A stretch of DNA of 64,000 nt from Haliotis cracherodii. Lineage: Eukaryota. The position numbers and the translations under genes are program-made. The notes below the pieces were generated by a model. The model was not told the DNA's origin. It searched no databases and saw nothing but the letters and a program-made list of their open reading frames with translations. The stretch covers positions 43,152,001 through 43,216,000 of the forward strand of contig NW_027266297.1 of assembly GCF_022045235.1 (NCBI RefSeq), given 5' to 3'. Positions 62,730 to 64,000 of the stretch are shown piece by piece; the first letter of the stretch is position 1; each line of letters begins with the position of its first letter.

Positions 62730-64000
62730 ATTGCCGGAAAGCTAAAGGGAGATAACTGCTACATAAATCGCGTTTAGTCTTTCAAGGAAATGTCTCTTCG
62801 TGGGTTACCTTGAGCGTCAAGAGGTCATGCCAAAACTGCATGGGGTTGGGGTTGGGGTTGGGGTTGGACTGTGTGTCATTCTACAGAAACTGGCAAAATG
62901 TTGTTTCTGACTAAAACATGTTATTCTCGTCTTGTTTTTATGAAAACATTTTTCACTCCTCTGTGATAACGCAGCTTGCTTGTGAGGAAGAGAATTTATA
63001 GATGTCAGCTTCTTTATTGCAATGTTAACAGAGGTCATTGTGATCAAGTGTGATTTGCGCAGTAATGGCATTTGAAGATTATGGAGGTTCCTTTTTGGCA
63101 GATCACTGAGTGCAGTTTGAAATTTTAACTCTAGTTTCTCTTATTAAAATATAATACTTCCAGTAAAGACATACGTTATGCAAACAAGATCCTTTTCAGT
63201 AAGTTTCACAAACAATATAGTAACATTGTTACATTTTTTCGATATATTTATTAGATATTCTTCTTGCCACAACGAAACTTGGCATCACGTCAACAGCAAG
63301 CCTTGGGCTTACGGTCAAATGGGGTGTAATTATTTGAAAAGAGTCACATGACCAGAATGTTCTGGAAGAGGGAGTCAGGAGAGGCATGATGGAGACAAGA
63401 CTTAGTGCCTCGTATGTTTTGGTTTTTTTTAAATTTGACCCTACAGTTAAAATGATAGTGATTTAATTCTGAGTCACTACCGTATAGTGTGATATCAGGA
63501 TAAGGTGAACATGTTTACAGTGAAAACTAAAAGATACAGGTTAGGGATACACGAAACACATTGATAACGTTCAACCAAATGTAAATTCTACCATGAATTT
63601 GGAATATACTCCATTTTGATTGGTCAGTCAGAGGTATCAAATCACAATTGAAACAGACGATTATCACTATCACCGCGGAAGCTAATATTAAAAAAAGTGG
63701 TACCTCTTTTACTGTCATAGTAGGTGGGCATACTTAAATAATTATTCGTACAACTATATATAGGCGACGGAATGCATAGTTGTGGTTTCTACAGTATTTT
63801 AAAAATAATTCGGGGCAATACATATCGTGCAAATACATGATAGAGCATGCCCGACCTAATGACCAGAAGATGTATACAATCAAGTTTTTACTTCGAGTGC
63901 ACATTTCACAACTTTTGCTCTTAAAATACAATTTCCGTATTTATTACTGCAGCTAGGTTTCAACACATGTAAAATAGCTTTATATAATCTTTCTTTAACA

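Overview
Intron-rich animal genomic DNA, not prokaryotic. The SINE types resemble those I recall from gastropods such as abalone (Haliotis); that assignment is inference. Left (1-15.3 kb): the 5' exons of a minus-strand gene resembling invertebrate ankyrin/PARP (tankyrase/pme-5-like) proteins, whose introns hold a decayed DIRS-type retrotransposon, minisatellites and MITEs. Centre (19-44.6 kb), the main result: five paralogous secreted repeat-protein genes, A(-), B(+), C(+, truncated), D(-, pseudogene) and E(+), each with a single coding exon. They share a core promoter and an 18-aa signal peptide (MKTFL.LLAL..VA.CWS). Gene A is a 15-unit polyprotein of QAPQEGDRPPPPTGCPPPPEGESRPRR with furin-type sites between units. 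B and C mix cleavable and non-cleavable linkers. E has replaced the repeat with a ~650-aa Cys-free (QS)QRGEGP polymer. A decayed Polinton/Maverick-like segment lies between C and D. Right (46-64 kb): a small orphan ORF and a complete 8-exon ASNA1/GET3 gene on the minus strand. All family assignments come from recalled motifs; no database searches were run.
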